DNA from: Owenia fusiformis
Taxonomy: Eukaryota
Direction of reading: 5' to 3'
NCBI GenBank assembly: GCA_903813345.2
Contig: CAIIXF020000001.1
Coordinates: 23,250,001 to 23,314,000, forward strand
DNA: 64,000 nucleotides
Below are positions 51,401 to 62,542 of the stretch, piece by piece. How positions within the stretch are numbered: the stretch's first letter is position 1; every line of letters starts with the position of its first letter. A model generated the notes under the pieces. That model worked only from the letters and a program-made list of their open reading frames with translations. It made no database searches and was not told the origin of the DNA. The translations under genes and the position numbers were made by a program.

Positions 51401-52943
51401 TCTCCACTTTACTTTCATTTACTAAACAATAACTGACAATAACTCTAAACAATGGCACTGTTCCAGCCAAAACTCACGCACATTTCACATTTCTAAATAC
51501 AAGCCTGGAAGTGCTCATATATGAGCTTACTTATATTGGGCAGTTCAGCTACAAGCGTTGACAAAATGCTATTGAGTTTTCAGGATTGTATACAGGACTA
51601 TACAGAAATAAACTGCAAAGTCCAGTAGGTCGAGCAATTGTTTTTGCAGGCTTCATATTATTAACTTAATAATATTATTGTTTCTTATGAATTATGTATC
51701 TGTATAGTCAAGATCATCATTCACTCTGCTCCCATCAGTCGAACGCATTGAGGACTCAGCGTGCGAAGATGTATAATCAAATTTTAAATAATAAATTTGA
51801 ATTTTGAATCAATTTCTTCCAGGCAAATAGAGCCAAATATTACACTTACATATTTGCAGTGTTGAATGTCTTCCCAACTTCTATCATGTGGTTGCATAAT
51901 TTCACCACCTGTAATGGCAATCACATCTTCAGCAAATTAGCAATATCAGACAACAAACATGTTACTTTTATGAAAGGTTCTTTACTATAATACCCCAAAA
52001 AGTTAAGGACCAGTCTTTTTCCTCATAGGTTTACATGTTAAACCCCATATATGTTTGAGCTCTATTTTCTACGTGCGAAACAAAAGAAAAACTGATAATG
52101 TAAATGACTATGTACCTTTACTTTACTTGACTCTTTTCTATATATTCCAGTAGAAAATTGTCAATTTACAATAGGTCAAAAATTGATGTCAAATTTGATG
52201 AGTTAAAAAAATGGTAGAACCCATGTAAACCAATAGGAAATGGTTGAAGAAAATATCTATCCATTCAATTGCTCTCAAAATAGAATTTAAATAGACAATA
52301 CAAGTATATTATAAAACTGTTTTTCAATCATATATAACAACATATTCTAAGGGAAACGTTGTCATGTTTTTTGAAAAAATGCTTCCAACTTTTCAATCTC
52401 TCTATTCTGTGCTGCAAATTCAATTTTCTGAACATTGATCTTTTGATAGGTCCTCTCAGATACATTTGGGGTTAAGAGATTATTCCCGGCATTGTCTTTA
52501 ATTTGTGTTTTCAGCTTGACTAGAGATAACATGCACAAGCCAAAACTGACCCAAAAGCATCCGATTATAAAAACCACTTGAACTTCAACCCTTTTGTTAA
52601 TAAATATAATGCAAACTTCCGTCTAAAGCCAGGAAATGAACATGAATCTTCAAATACAGTATCTCAGTAATAGAGGAACAGGCTCATTGCTCGGCAACTA
52701 CCCAGGTTATTTTGATGGATTAAAGAGTATGTATATTCAAAAAATTTCCAGACACTTCTCTCATTTGAACACCTCTTAATCTGCTACAGACTTCCATGTT
52801 AAAAAACTCAAATTGTGAACACCAATTGGAACACTTTTGGCTGGTTTGGTACTTGAATTACACAAGTTATAGTACTATCTGATACCTTGTCAAGTCTTGT
52901 CTCTAGGATATCAATATCTTCCTCAGCCTCTTCCAAGGATGCC
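3497..52943 (-). CDS. ACAP2: ArfGAP with coiled-coil (BAR), ankyrin repeat and PH domains (ACAP/centaurin-beta), 5'-partial, 22 coding exons: 52886-52943, 51850-51908, 51010-51070, 42923-42976, 41829-41887, 41426-41609, 40908-40952, 39126-39221, 38448-38522, 18659-18777, 18143-18295, 17684-17807, 16502-16641, 15760-15882, 15180-15347, 6485-6689, 6035-6128, 5627-5739, 5064-5290, 4727-4787, 4314-4425, 3497-3579
   Basis: All exons have GT-AG boundaries with compatible phases (2413 nt, about 803 aa). [35 protein letters not shown]...[23 protein letters not shown]...[38 protein letters not shown]...[20 protein letters not shown]. ArfGAP zinc finger: [46 protein letters not shown]. Ankyrins: [17 protein letters not shown]...[10 protein letters not shown]-terminus: [26 protein letters not shown]. 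Likely a co-ortholog of vertebrate ACAP1/2/3, so the symbol is indicative. Confidence 0.95.
3631..4133. mobile_element. MITE with ~50-bp TIRs
   Basis: cacaccggaatagcctgataatgctaaagtcagataccgttgtcacaaa is inverted at the right end (...tttgtgacaacggtatctgactttaccgttgtcaggctattccggtgtg). Direct repeat ATAACT at 3625-3630 and 4134-4139. Confidence 0.8.
7522..14861 (+). CDS. Nested antisense 7-exon gene, 276-aa four-transmembrane protein with PY motifs (LAPTM/DUF4728-like); exons 7522-7602, 8412-8484, 8814-8899, 9146-9256, 13168-13227, 14242-14325, 14526-14861
   Basis: GT-AG exons splice to 831 nt with no internal stop, and an in-frame TGA lies just upstream of the ATG. Protein: [41 protein letters not shown]...[45 protein letters not shown]...[35 protein letters not shown]...[15 protein letters not shown]. 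It has four hydrophobic segments, an N-terminal CxC..R.GT motif, LLPWL, and a tail with PPPY and PPSY. Confidence 0.85.
9338..11049 (+). repeat. 42-bp minisatellite (23+19-bp subunits), ~40 copies, left foldback arm
   Basis: Unit ACTAAGACCCCCCACGTTATAAA-ACTAAGACCCTGTTATAAA. Confidence 0.95.
11127..11400. repeat. 75-bp tandem repeat, ~3.5 copies
   Basis: gattctacaaaaggtagtcttgcttctggtccttgtgttcccttctaatatacagattctccccactaacataaa recurs at about 11127, 11202, 11277 and 11352. Confidence 0.9.
11448..12049. mobile_element. ~600-bp palindromic MITE nested in the foldback spacer
   Basis: atggtggttcaagatttcagacccatc...tagcaaacaat is mirrored by attgtttgcta...gatgggtcttaaatcttgaactaccat. The inner tgttgacagtctgtgatgtcatcatcaatcatcacaat is also mirrored. 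Confidence 0.75.
12075..12200. repeat. 30-bp tandem repeat, ~4 copies
   Basis: Unit agcataaaatgggacatcactttttatgcc, itself a small hairpin. Confidence 0.85.
12375..13020 (-). repeat. 42-bp minisatellite, ~15 copies, right foldback arm (inverted)
   Basis: Reverse complement of the left-arm unit (ggtcttagttttataacgtgggg / ggtcttagttttataacag). Confidence 0.95.
13429..14200. repeat. 25-bp minisatellite, ~31 copies
   Basis: Unit ACATTTCCATAATACTGCACATCTG; it explains the six overlapping repetitive ORFs in the track. Confidence 0.95.
16782..17378. mobile_element. ~600-bp palindromic element with 8-bp TSD, inserted into a Tc1-like MITE remnant
   Basis: Arms such as ggacagctcatcgattgtgacctttgaaatcgaattaagtcgatcagcggc mirror gccgctgatcgacttaattcaatttcaaaggtcacaatcattgagctgtcc. 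TSD TACCAAAG at 16774-16781 and 17379-17386. Confidence 0.8.
28450..31596 (+). CDS. Secreted leucine-rich repeat protein (signal peptide, LRRNT, >15 LRRs, LRRCT, acidic and Thr-rich tail), single coding exon, nested antisense in ACAP intron 18778-38447
   Basis: 1048-aa ORF with a hydrophobic N-terminus ([18 protein letters not shown]), [19 protein letters not shown], repeated LxxLxLxxNxL and [23 protein letters not shown]...C. No transmembrane segment is seen in the tail. AATAAA sites occur downstream near 32363 and 32382. Confidence 0.93.
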   Translation: MEMKDLKIWILHLALCCMLIPIYVTAYPLSPIPGRDHAPSGSKCPYKCMCQNNQIFCNGVMLRSVPLDIPIPTVYLNLRGNIIKQLSMNSTFPKLENLQGLLLGGNKIAHIDDGVLMKMRQLMMLDLSKNSLVKVTANTFHGARYLWTLSLATNQLEKIGDALEDLRALSILNLASNKLKAINENDFKHNTKLKLLDLSKNKISFIHPSAFKDLPNLQYLLLKFNPLVGMSYLRFSANSRLALADFTNCGLRLIIGGLPRSVKELRYSKNNLTSVVATDFMPNSTLKKLNINENQVVWIDGDVFSRLPRLEELWLSKNRLINVPTNISASIEGVYLENNRIHNLGHGNFIHNANLKFLNLQQNNITNICHGTFSGLTSLITLDLGANYISDVKKCSFENLTNLEKLDLSRNPIRKMGTECFEPLSKLRTLQMSHVPTNARMYPDIFRGVRNLQYLDLYNSPSIAQGIVKSADYLDTLYSVRDLNLMYDGLQTLPEFFPSYFPNIQVVKLSGNPWRCDANILTLRNWIRNQTNVNFYLGNEIQCMTPEWMQGKAIYDVDENVDFDEEKNTIPDDYYYYDEEDFKEAMAEKNEKDYETQSQNKPEKATSIASEREIKPYTQTQSPHYNGITHTDATENEITEPNDFEDNITEAIPTSNNNHDADNIMRNEVITEQPVINPRRVNGKDILEIDTNKAETIERENGQVQKKTSFRINGFKVIVKTSDSDTVKVLKQDQNNRQQIVASLDSSNDEKNEHYEKAKQIISNHLIRNNITVKGTTNVEIKTRPKAPIVNKQDQNNRQQIVASLDSLNDEKNEHYEKAKQIISNHLIRNNVTVKGTTNVEIKTRPKAPIVNKPKVAIKVGIKVTPRRKTPRTNVNSYVKYRNKAENRYADEPKLRITTAATRTTMITTTQKKSNTNINSYAQYRNKERYRYANKPNNKITTAPKITTRATTTPRMTTQMKTTPRTLVTPKTIANDRVHSGDNDDIEFIEENIQTTVPHEKTNNDNINNAEDHNEGRKHKGDVGSTTAEDDYDAEPGESEEYSGAGFL
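30640..31008 (+). repeat. In-frame 183-bp (61-aa) tandem duplication within the LRR gene
   Basis: [16 protein letters not shown]...TRPKAPIVN occurs twice and is nearly identical. Confidence 0.95.
39456..40789. mobile_element. Non-autonomous Helentron-associated (HINE/pearl-like) element carrying a 135-155-bp tandem array
   Basis: Core repeats at about 39521, 39656, 39791, 39946, 40081 and 40236; (ACGG)n-like microsatellite at 40625-40745; terminal hairpin atcccttcgaacttcgttcgatgggat followed by an A-run; short subterminal IR (atcccatc / gatgggat). A decayed relative lies near 36630-37030. Confidence 0.75.
44278..46321. mobile_element. Non-autonomous CAC-ended DNA transposon with 78-bp TIRs and 5-bp TSD (Transib-like)
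   Basis: TIRs 44278-44355 and 46244-46321 differ at one base; ends CACGCCT...AGGCGTG; TSD CTGAT at 44273-44277 and 46322-46326; no long ORF. Confidence 0.85.
44986..45605. mobile_element. Tc1/mariner-type MITE nested in the Transib-like element
   Basis: TA|cagagtgtcccaaagtatg...cctaggcagacatataccaat is mirrored by attggtatatgtctgcctagg...catactttcgggacaccctg|TA. Confidence 0.8.
46817..46994. mobile_element. Short Tc1/pogo-type MITE
   Basis: TA|cagtaaaacttgtgtatagtgaac ... gttcactaagacaggttttactg|TA, with internal ggtgttcact repeats. Confidence 0.8.
48018..48350. mobile_element. Small TIR element remnant
   Basis: acacttgtgatccactc...ctggttac is mirrored by gtaaccag...gagtggatcaccagtgt. Confidence 0.5.
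48582..50728. mobile_element. HINE/pearl-like element carrying a ~135-148-bp satellite array (~13-14 units)
   Basis: 5' end acaagacattaacatgacaaaatgtcaccacct; array about 48645-50530; (ggacgccaaccgcc)n; 3' hairpin atgtcaccacttttggtggtgacat plus A-run. Short copies without the array occur near 6945, 8607, 16037, 38170, 43073, 44121, 53115 and 56700. Confidence 0.8.
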
Positions 52944-53663
52944 CTGTAACACATAAACGGCAAAGTTTTAGGTGAATGATCGGAACTACATACAGGGTGT
53001 CCAATAATTTATCTCTCTACACTTTGTAAAAACTTTGTATTGTAATTGTAGAGACTTTGTGGACACATTGTATATTATTTCCAGGTTTATACAATGAGTG
53101 TGCAATATTATAATACAAGAAATTAACATGTCACCACCTGTCATATATGAAAGACACCAACTGCCAAATGCCAACCACCAACCGCTTAACACCAACTGCC
53201 AAACATTATCCACAAAAAAGTTAGAAACTATATCAATATGTCAACACTTGTGATATTGACATAATAAGGAACACAATGTAAAACTTATAGATTATGCAGC
53301 ATATAATTTGGATACAGCCCAGATATACATTTCTATTTTTGTTTTCTAATCATTTTCATGTACATTTGTATTTTAAAATATAGTTCACATAAGGCTCGGC
53401 TTTTAAAAGTTCAATTAAGGCTACCTTAAATAATGAGTCGTGACAAATGGAATATTTACATGACTTCATATTTCATGATCTTGTTGATAAAATGGTTGTT
53501 CAAAGGGCAGTCCATACATGGAAAGCGTCATTCCTATCAATGCAAATGATATATTTACAACTGGGAAACTAGGTGAACACTAGAGGCTACCAAACTAGAT
53601 ACTACGCACACAGATAAATAAACCACAGGATAATCCAAGATGACTCACTCTAAGTCCTGCAGA

Positions 53664-54033
53664 TATACTAAGAGGAGGGAAAGCCCCAGAGCTTTAGCGA
53701 TGACTGACATAATACGTCTCTTGCGTACCACCTTCGTTTGCGCAAATTCTCACCAGTTAATTTTTGAGCATTAGCGCGCCTTTGTGACGTTTTAATTGAT
53801 GTAAACATATTCCTTACATATTTCTTTATCTTGACGTGAAAAACCAAGCTATGATATTGGTTAATAAGCCAGGAATCAACATAATATTATTCGAAGCATT
53901 ATTAGAAAATTTTAATCCGCCATTTTTGTTGATCGATTTGGACCAATCAGAGGTGTATGTCATCTCAATACAGGTTTACATTATAAGCGTATGTCATCTT
54001 TGAACTATGGGGTTAATCCCCCTCTTAGATATA
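53664..54033. mobile_element. Degenerate MITE
   Basis: ctaagaggagggaaagccccagagc...tgacataatacg is mirrored by cgtatgtca...actatggggttaatccccctcttag. Confidence 0.55.
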
Positions 54034-57000
54034 CTACTTTGTCTATCATACAACTTGCATGATTGAGTGAAAATGACTGTAACAGGGAAGGAGCCAAAGT
54101 TCAATGTGGTATTGTTCTTATTTGGCTTTGGTTTAAAGCACTTCAAATGATCAACAAAACAACAATACTATAATTAATGTCAAATATTGTTCCAGTGACT
54201 CACAAGTTGACTCACTTGAACTTACTTACAGAATATGAAAGTTAAAGAATATTCACAAGCTGTGAAAATTGAGATAGTGCATAGTTGGTTCGTATTGTTA
54301 AACCAGTACATGTATGTGGTGATATCAGAATGCGCCAATTAGAAATATTATAAATATCAAGGTATGTAATTGCAATACCTATTTCAACAAGTTAAACCCA
54401 TTATCCGGCTTGGACTATTAATCTGAATTTTCTTGAGTCGGATAGTCGCAGGCCACCTAAGAACTGTCAGATAATAAATAAGGCCCAGACTACATTCAAC
54501 TTGTTGCCTGATGTAATGGATGGATCAAGATGTAGTTTGTTATAAACAAGAAAGATCAACTATACCAAGGGTATCCCAATAGAGAACTGGTATGCACATT
54601 CAGTAAAAGAAATATTTTTATAACCCTTGTCAACAGGATTCCCGTTTTAAGTTATTTTTGTTCAAAATCAATATAGAAAAAGATATTGCTCCAAACATTT
54701 ATCGTGTTTATGTCAAAATACTTGTTTCAGTAAAATTCATGACATTTTTCATTTTTATAAGGATCTTTGGGACTTTTTGAGTCTTTCTCAACCATCACAG
54801 TTTATCTACAGCTGGTTTCTCCATGTTCTTTATCCTCGCTATTAGCAACTCGGAGGACTGATAATTTATCATATGACCTCCAGAGAACATCTCCCAAATC
54901 ATTCTGTTAGACACATGCGTTTAGTTATCACCTGCAGAAAAGAGCTGTTTATTAATTCTGATTGATGTTTGGTGATAACTGGTACAGAAGAGAGTTGTCT
55001 GCAGAAGACCTGTGAACAAGCCAGGGATCTCTGGTTGCACCTTACAGGGGGATTCCAGCAAATATATCATACCTGACATCACTCCTCTTGTGCAAAACAT
55101 CAAGGGATTTTCATAATCTCTATAACAGAATGCACAGCCTTCATTCATTTTGCAATTCACATGGCATAGATAGTTTCAGTATCAGAATGCACAAGAGAAA
55201 ACATACATTTTTGTATAAGCTTGAAAGAACATCTACCGTGTTATATAAAGATATCATCATTGGAATGATACCCCAGGGAACCCCTTGAAAATGACTACAG
55301 CAGATTCAAAGCCTTTTTCATCAAAAAGTTATGAATAAACGAAGACCCTTGCAGCTTTCCTTTTCTTAATGGTAAAATATATTGTAAAGAAAATTTCACA
55401 AATGCACAAGTAACTGATCACTTTCCTTTTTATACATAAATTATGAACTGTATTTTGATGTCATAGTCTGAACTGCCATGGTTGAATAAACATTCAATCC
55501 ATAGAGAACCCCCTCTTTGGAGAATATCAATTGCTTCTTAGATTTACAAGCAGATTAGCCCATTTACCTGGAACAGGGAGTTACAGCAAAATTAAGTAAC
55601 ATCATGGTATGGCAGTGAACACGAGTATGTAATGTTGTTCACAGTTGTTCATCTTCCTATTTCAATCATGGATAATATTGGAAACAGACAGAAATAAAGC
55701 AGGATTTCCAGCAATGTTAACTAAGTATAATTTGAACTGCTCTGTAAACACAATTACCAGACAAATGGCTCGCTTCATGAGTTAGTATTACATAATAAGG
55801 ACTTCTATCTTTATATACATGTATACATCAATGTTTTTGCTAGCGATGCAAATCTTATCTATCAAACCATATCTTAATCCATTTGTGATCCAATGATTTT
55901 GATTTTGCATAAATGTTTTTTAAATAATTTTAAGAAACAAGAAAGCAAAACACATTTTCTTAAGATCTGCGAATATCATTTGGGCTGGAATCTTGTCATA
56001 TATGGTTTCAAAAATTAAACAAATGGCAGGAACCAGATCCAAAATTGACAGCGTCCTAACAATGGGGAACCTATCAATATTACCAAGAATAAGCATCATG
56101 CAATATTCCAACAAATGGCAAAACACCAGAGCTTAATGAACAAAGACAACAGTAACTCACGAATTACCCTGAGCACAGGGGTTAAGTTAAAAGTGAAGAC
56201 GAAGCTCTCTTTTAAGCAGCGAAGTTGAACGAATTAAAGGGTACTCATTTATACAGCTTATCATTTCAACCACAACCTTGGCATTACACCTTATAGAACC
56301 ACCACAATAAAAAAAAAATAAAGTACAGGAGAAATATTTTGCGAAATCATAAATTCTGTTTTTTCTCCCTTCAGTGCATTAAAAAAGTCAAGGTGACCTC
56401 AAACAGATATTTAGTTTCCAGCAACAAATTAGAGTAATCTTCTTAGAGTGCAATAGTGTAATACTCTGGAATGTTCCCTGTGGCTCTATATGATTGAAGC
56501 ATGTACCTTTCCGGTTTCTGATATGTAAATCTTTACCTGTAATATTAATCTATTTGTTGTCTGAAGACCATATTAGGATTCTGAAATCAAGCCATTAGAT
56601 TTAATTTTTGCCAAGATTGCATCTTTTAATACTCATTACATCGTTCTGATACTCAATACATCATTCTCATACTCATCACAGCGTAATAAAAAAATAAAAG
56701 ACAATTAACGGGCAAAATGTCACCTCCTGCTATTTGTTACAGATGCCAACTACCGCCCCCCAAATGCTTAATACTGTCCACAAAAAAGTTGGAGATTATA
56801 ACTATATGTTACCACTTCTGGAGCTAATATAACAAAAGGTTCACACATTTGTCTCTTTCAGTATCATATATACGAGGATGGACTTCAGCAGGGTTCTCCA
56901 TAGGATTTTTTCTCAAGCGGGTGCAAAAATCTCATTTTCAAAATTCAGTTCAAAATTGGTCAAAATATGCCTATTTTTCATGGTTTTTCTCATTTTCAAG

Positions 57001-57859
57001 TGGGTGCAAATGGATTTTCAGGTGGGTGCAAGGATGTTTTTAAAATCTCAGGTGGGTGCTGCACCCAGTTGCTTGTTGGGGAGATAACCGTATAGTTAGA
57101 TCCATCTCAGTTGTTTGAGCTCTCTTTAAAATTGAGTGAAAGACAAAAATTTGTTTTGGTATAATGATCTCAAACAAGAAAATAGAGAAAAAATAGAGAA
57201 AAAGTAGGATAGCATTTAACTATGAATCTCACAATTACTTCTAAAAATATCAAACATCATCCCAAATGGTTGGAATAAACTAGATTAACCAATAAGGCAA
57301 TCTTTCATGTTCAGTTGTATTTCTACAAGATCTTCCAGTCGAGAAGGATGATGTGCTAGTTTGTTTACAAGCAGGCCAGGATAAGGGACATGTGTTTATA
57401 CCATCAGAGGAATACCATTTCCATGTGAAGTGGCCCTAACCACAAAATTGAGCTACCTGCAAATACGTCTTAATATAGCGGTTTTAAGGACCTTTTCAGA
57501 GAAGTACCATAGTCATGGTCCTTCTGTGTCACTGAGTTTAAACAGAGGAATAAGCCATTTGTACCAGATAGTATAATTCCAAAATGGACATCAGGCCCAG
57601 ACTACAGGTTTTATATTGTCGTTGATTTCAGATATTCAAATATTCTAATCAAAAATGAAACACCATCCAAAAATAAAAGATATTTCATTGGAAAGCTAAC
57701 TGGGGGGTTCTTATATCAGATGATCCGAATATATACTTCAACCCCTTCCTCGACCTGATATGCTATGTTAAGTTTTTTACGGGAGAACCTTAACATCCAT
57801 CAAATTGTTCTATATGTCCTATATATCTATTTGTATGTTTCTACATTTATTGTACATAT

Positions 57860-57959
57860 TGTAAATAATTGTAAATTATTACTGGGCCTCTAGGAAGACC
57901 AGTTTTGTACTGATAGAGCTACCGAGAATAAATATAGTTTTCAAATCAAATCAAATCAA
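57860..57959 (+). mobile_element. 3' end remnant of a LINE (CR1/L2-like tail)
   Basis: Short stem-loop (gggcctctaggaagaccagttttgtactgatagagctacc), then AATAAA, then (TCAAA)n. Confidence 0.5.
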
Positions 57960-60648
57960 CATCTGAGTAGATAAATTTGACATGAATCTAAAGGTACCTA
58001 ATATACATGTACATAATATAGGTTTATCAGTACATATTGATGTCAAGTAGTTGGTCTGGTTACTTGTAATATATGTACATACATGTACATGCATTCTTCA
58101 ATATTAATGCCAGTTAAATTGTTCCATATGTTTTAGCATAAGAAGAGTGTTCAGATTTAGCCAATGAAAATAAATAATGCAAATTAACAGTTCTTACCCA
58201 CACTTTGTACATTTGCCTTATAGGGAATAAGAATGACCAAGACGAGAGAATACATGTTTAGATTTCTCTAGTATTTTTGTCAAGTTGATAATTAAGACAC
58301 ATTCTGACACAACCCCTCAATAGACTTAGGTTCTAAAAGGTAGATTCCTCAAAGAAGTTACAGTGTATGACAGAACCATATATGAAGTTTATGTTTTGTA
58401 TTAAACAGAAAATATATTATCAACTGAACATATTTACTTGGTAAGTCTTGGTGGTAAAATCAGTGATGACCATATTACTACTGGCATCAAGATTGTTGAG
58501 AATGATCCTATATATACCTATTAGACTGTTTGTAGGTGATAGTACTATATTACCTTATCATTAAAATACCTATAAATAGAAATCTTGTACCTTTGCAGTA
58601 TTGGAATTATATGAAAAGCAGATAAATGTAGAAAGATGAACCAGGATCATTTCATGTGTTTTATTTTAGTCTTGAGTTTTAATTTACAATTTGGCCCTTT
58701 TTCCAAAATTGGCCCATTTTTCAAAAGTAACCTATTTACCAAAACTAATAAGGCCCATTTTTGGCAAAAAGTGAAAAATTTGGTTTCCTGCCATTGTCAG
58801 TGAATTTTTCATTCACCACTGTTCAGTTTGTCATTTGGGCTCAAACAGATGCGCTTGATATAATTAGTTCAGATTGAATGCTAAGATAACATTAATATAT
58901 CAGATGCTGGCACAGTTTTGCCGGAAGTTTGCAAGAAGTAACTTTTGGCAATGCAGTATGTTAGAGTAACCTAGTAGGTGTAAGAAAATATAAGGTGATG
59001 GCCTTTAAAGTGGTAAAAACAATTTTCACGACCGAATTGGACTTCAGTTCCTGCGATTTCAGGGGGTACTATAGGACTATTTCATAACATAAAAGATATA
59101 GTTGCTATTGTTCTGCTTTCTACAGCACACATTACTAGTCCAAAGATGAATAATATCCTAAAGTTATAGGCCGATATCTGTATTAGTCTCAGAAATATTG
59201 CAATTTATAGGAAAAAAATATGCAATTTTAGTCATTTTTAAGTCTCACGTATCTTATATTTGTAGCTTCCAGCAAAAGATGGCAGCTTAAATAGCTCAAA
59301 ATTGTTTTCTAAAAACTAATTCAAGCTTTGTTTGATATTGTAATACAATTATAATAATGATAATGTACTATTTATGATTTTTAATATGACTTTATAGTAC
59401 CCTACCCCTGGAAAGTGGGCGTGGTCAATGTTATCATTTTGCAGCATACAATCAAAAACTTGTATTGATAGAAAGCAAATCAATGCATATAAAACATCTT
59501 CACTTGTTACTTGACAATGTAATTCATTTATTATTAAAATATAGGACTCTACATATTTTATATACGATTTCAATTTTGTACAATGTATCATGATGAAATC
59601 TAATAGGCTGTTTCAATTTACCAACTTTTTCTCGGATCACCCTTATCTTTTGACAAAATGATCTACTATATGACCAATAGCCACAAAAAATAGCAGAACT
59701 GATCAACGTTTAACCCCCCCTCCTACCCCTATGTTTGTTTTGTATGGGGTCCGCCACAATGCAACAAGTCCATTTTCAGTGCTTACTATCACATGGAATA
59801 TAAGTCACAATGTTTCCACAATATCTGGGCAATGAGATAGTGCCATTAAGAATATGTATGCCCAGATTCAAGATCATGGTGTAAATGCTTGCCGATCTAT
59901 CGGCTTTCAAAAATGAGGAAAGCTGTCTTGAGTGCCGTTTCAACTAATTTTGAATTAAAACTGCTACTTATGATTTTTTTTCTCAACAACTGTGATTTGG
60001 TTAGAGTCCAAACACAGGATATCAAGACATAGTGCTACCAAATCCTGGTATTGAAAATTTCAGAGCTCTAGATCAAGTATTCATATCTGCATGGACTCTT
60101 AAAAAGACCCAAAAGACACAAAATGCAGTCAGATATCGCGAAAAAAATGTGATAAAATGCACTATTCAGAACAATTTATCTTTAAAACTTTACTTTTATT
60201 TACCATAATTTCTGATTCTGCCTCTAGTTAGTAATACCAATAATACATATGAGTAGACTTAAGGTCATAGTAAGTGTAGTTACAGATTTATTAGCATCTA
60301 AAAATGGGAGAAGCAGTGTAGCAAGTGCAATTTTCACCTATAATTCATAATATTAAACTGCAGCTTTCAGGATTTTCTTCTCTAAAACAAGAATTCCGTG
60401 AGACCCCAAAAGACAGGATTCCATATCACCGTACCACCAAATATATATGAGAGTAGTTTCAGGAGGTTATATCAAATAATCATTGAACCATTGACACCTA
60501 AAAATATGCAAAATACAGTCAGAAATGGTGAAATTGTGATTGTGAAAAAATGTATGTATTCTTAACAATATTTTAACTAAACTGTATTTTATTTGGAACT
60601 GAAACTTGAAGTGCTTACTAGGAGTTACATCTAGTTATTATTTATTAA

Positions 60649-61248
60649 AGGAATATTCCTTGCCAAATCATCTCTCTCCTAATATGGTAGCTATAACCAT
60701 ATATATGCTTGCCATGTTTAGCAAAACACGCAAAAATGTTTTGATATGGTCAAATTTGATCACTTAGAAATGTGATGCTCAATTCCAGTAAGCTGCCATC
60801 TTTTAAAATTTCACACAGGAAGTGATGTCATCGACTCTCAACTTTGCATATAGCATTAGGTGAGGAGCTATTAAGAATTACAAAACCAGCTAAATATTCT
60901 TTTTCAACTTTGTATCTTATTTAATCCTTGAAAATCTCTTCTTTTATTCTAAGTTGACAAGCCCTGAAAATATTTTTGCATAGAAAGTACTGATCACTTG
61001 TCTAGAAGTGATTTTGTGCTACTTTCCTATACTGTTATGGGCAAGGTTATAGAAGTTGAGAGTTGATGACATCACTTCCTGCAAGAAATCTTAAAAGATG
61101 GCAGCTCACTGGAAATGAGCACTAGATTTTTAAATGATCAATATTGACCATATTAAAACATTTTCCCATGTTTTGCTAAATATGGAAACTATATATATGA
61201 TTATAGCTACCATATCAAGAGAGAAAGGGTCTGGCAAGGAATATTCCT
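60649..61248. mobile_element. TTAA-flanked ~600-bp palindromic MITE (Kolobok/piggyBac-type target)
   Basis: TTAA|aggaatattccttgcca ... tggcaaggaatattcct|TTAA, with arms pairing along most of the length (e.g. aggaagtgatgtcatc / gatgacatcacttcct). Confidence 0.8.
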
Positions 61249-62127
61249 TTAAGTGACTTCAGCATCCGAATTGATATAATATAGGAATATCCTATGGTTT
61301 TGAAAAAATATCATTTATATCCATGAGTGGATATTGATATATTCATGAATGAGTGTAGCGAGTGAGTGAAGATATTTGTATCCATGAGTGGATATAATTG
61401 ATATTTAAAAAAAAAATTTATTTATCCCATGGGAAATCATCATCAGCAAAAAATGTGAAAAATATAATTTGAGAAAAAATTTGAAAAAATAATTGAAAAG
61501 AAATTGTGAAAAAATGTTGAAATTTTTAAAAAATATTTTTGAAAATAATTAAAAAATGTAAAAAGAAATTTTTTTTTGAAAAAGTTCGAAACCATCGAAT
61601 ATCACTTTTCAAACCATCGAATATCACTTTTTAAGACGTGATATTCGATAGTTTAAAAGTGATATTCGATGGTTTGTGAATTTTTTGCTAAAATATTATA
61701 ACTTGATCCACATATCAAATATATCTTCATGTGATATTCGATCTATATCCTTGCAACCATGGGATAATCACTGATATGCTTAAGACCAAAAAAACTATAA
61801 AGAATGTTATTATTGAATACTGAGAATACATTGTTTTTACATTACGGAGCTTTATTCCTACCTGAAAGTATTTTGGAACATATCTCTTGCTTAAATATTT
61901 CATGCAATGTTACTTTCAAAAACTTTCTTAGAACAATTAGTCCATCCTATACTTTCACATGTTATTCTCCATTTCGATTTTAAAAATTGTGGGAGCTTTA
62001 AACTCTAGAAGAGCTTAATTACCAATTATACCATGCACCCTCTTTGCCCTCCGTTGCATTTTTCTTAGGATGGCCAGGCATATTTCAAATTGAAGAGTAA
62101 AGTCAGTTAAAGTGATATATAGCTGTA

Positions 62128-62542
62128 TATATAAGGGTTATGTACTGGGAGGTTTTGGATATGGGGTTTATCCAGAGGGAGATATGCATATCTACCCGAG
62201 GGACCGTAGGGACCGAAGGTAGATGTGCCTATCTCACGAGGGATGAACTCCATATCCAAACCGACCGTACATAACTGCTTTATCCTATACCAAGTAGAGT
62301 TTTGAGGGGCATATGGCCATTTCAATAGTAAAAATAAAAAATCATTCATATGCAGTCATTTTATTGCATTTCCACTACTTACCGGAAGCGGGAAGATATG
62401 CACCGAAGCGGGAAGATATGCACCGAAGCGGGAGATATGGCGGGAGATATGGAGGTTCTGGATATGGAAACCTCAAAATCAAGATACGGGATATATCTTA
62501 CCAAGTTATCTCCCTAAAACTCTACTTGGCATAGGATAAAAC
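62128..62542. mobile_element. Non-autonomous element with internal inverted repeats (possibly Crypton-derived)
   Basis: tttatcctataccaagtagagtttt is mirrored by aaaactctacttggcataggataaa; there is an internal ccgagggaccgtagggaccga motif and short gggaagatatg repeats. The family assignment is inference only. Confidence 0.4.

Noticed and set aside
54380-55330. Coding-like composition suggesting a decayed retroelement
   Set aside because: No recognisable RT or endonuclease motif could be established by eye.
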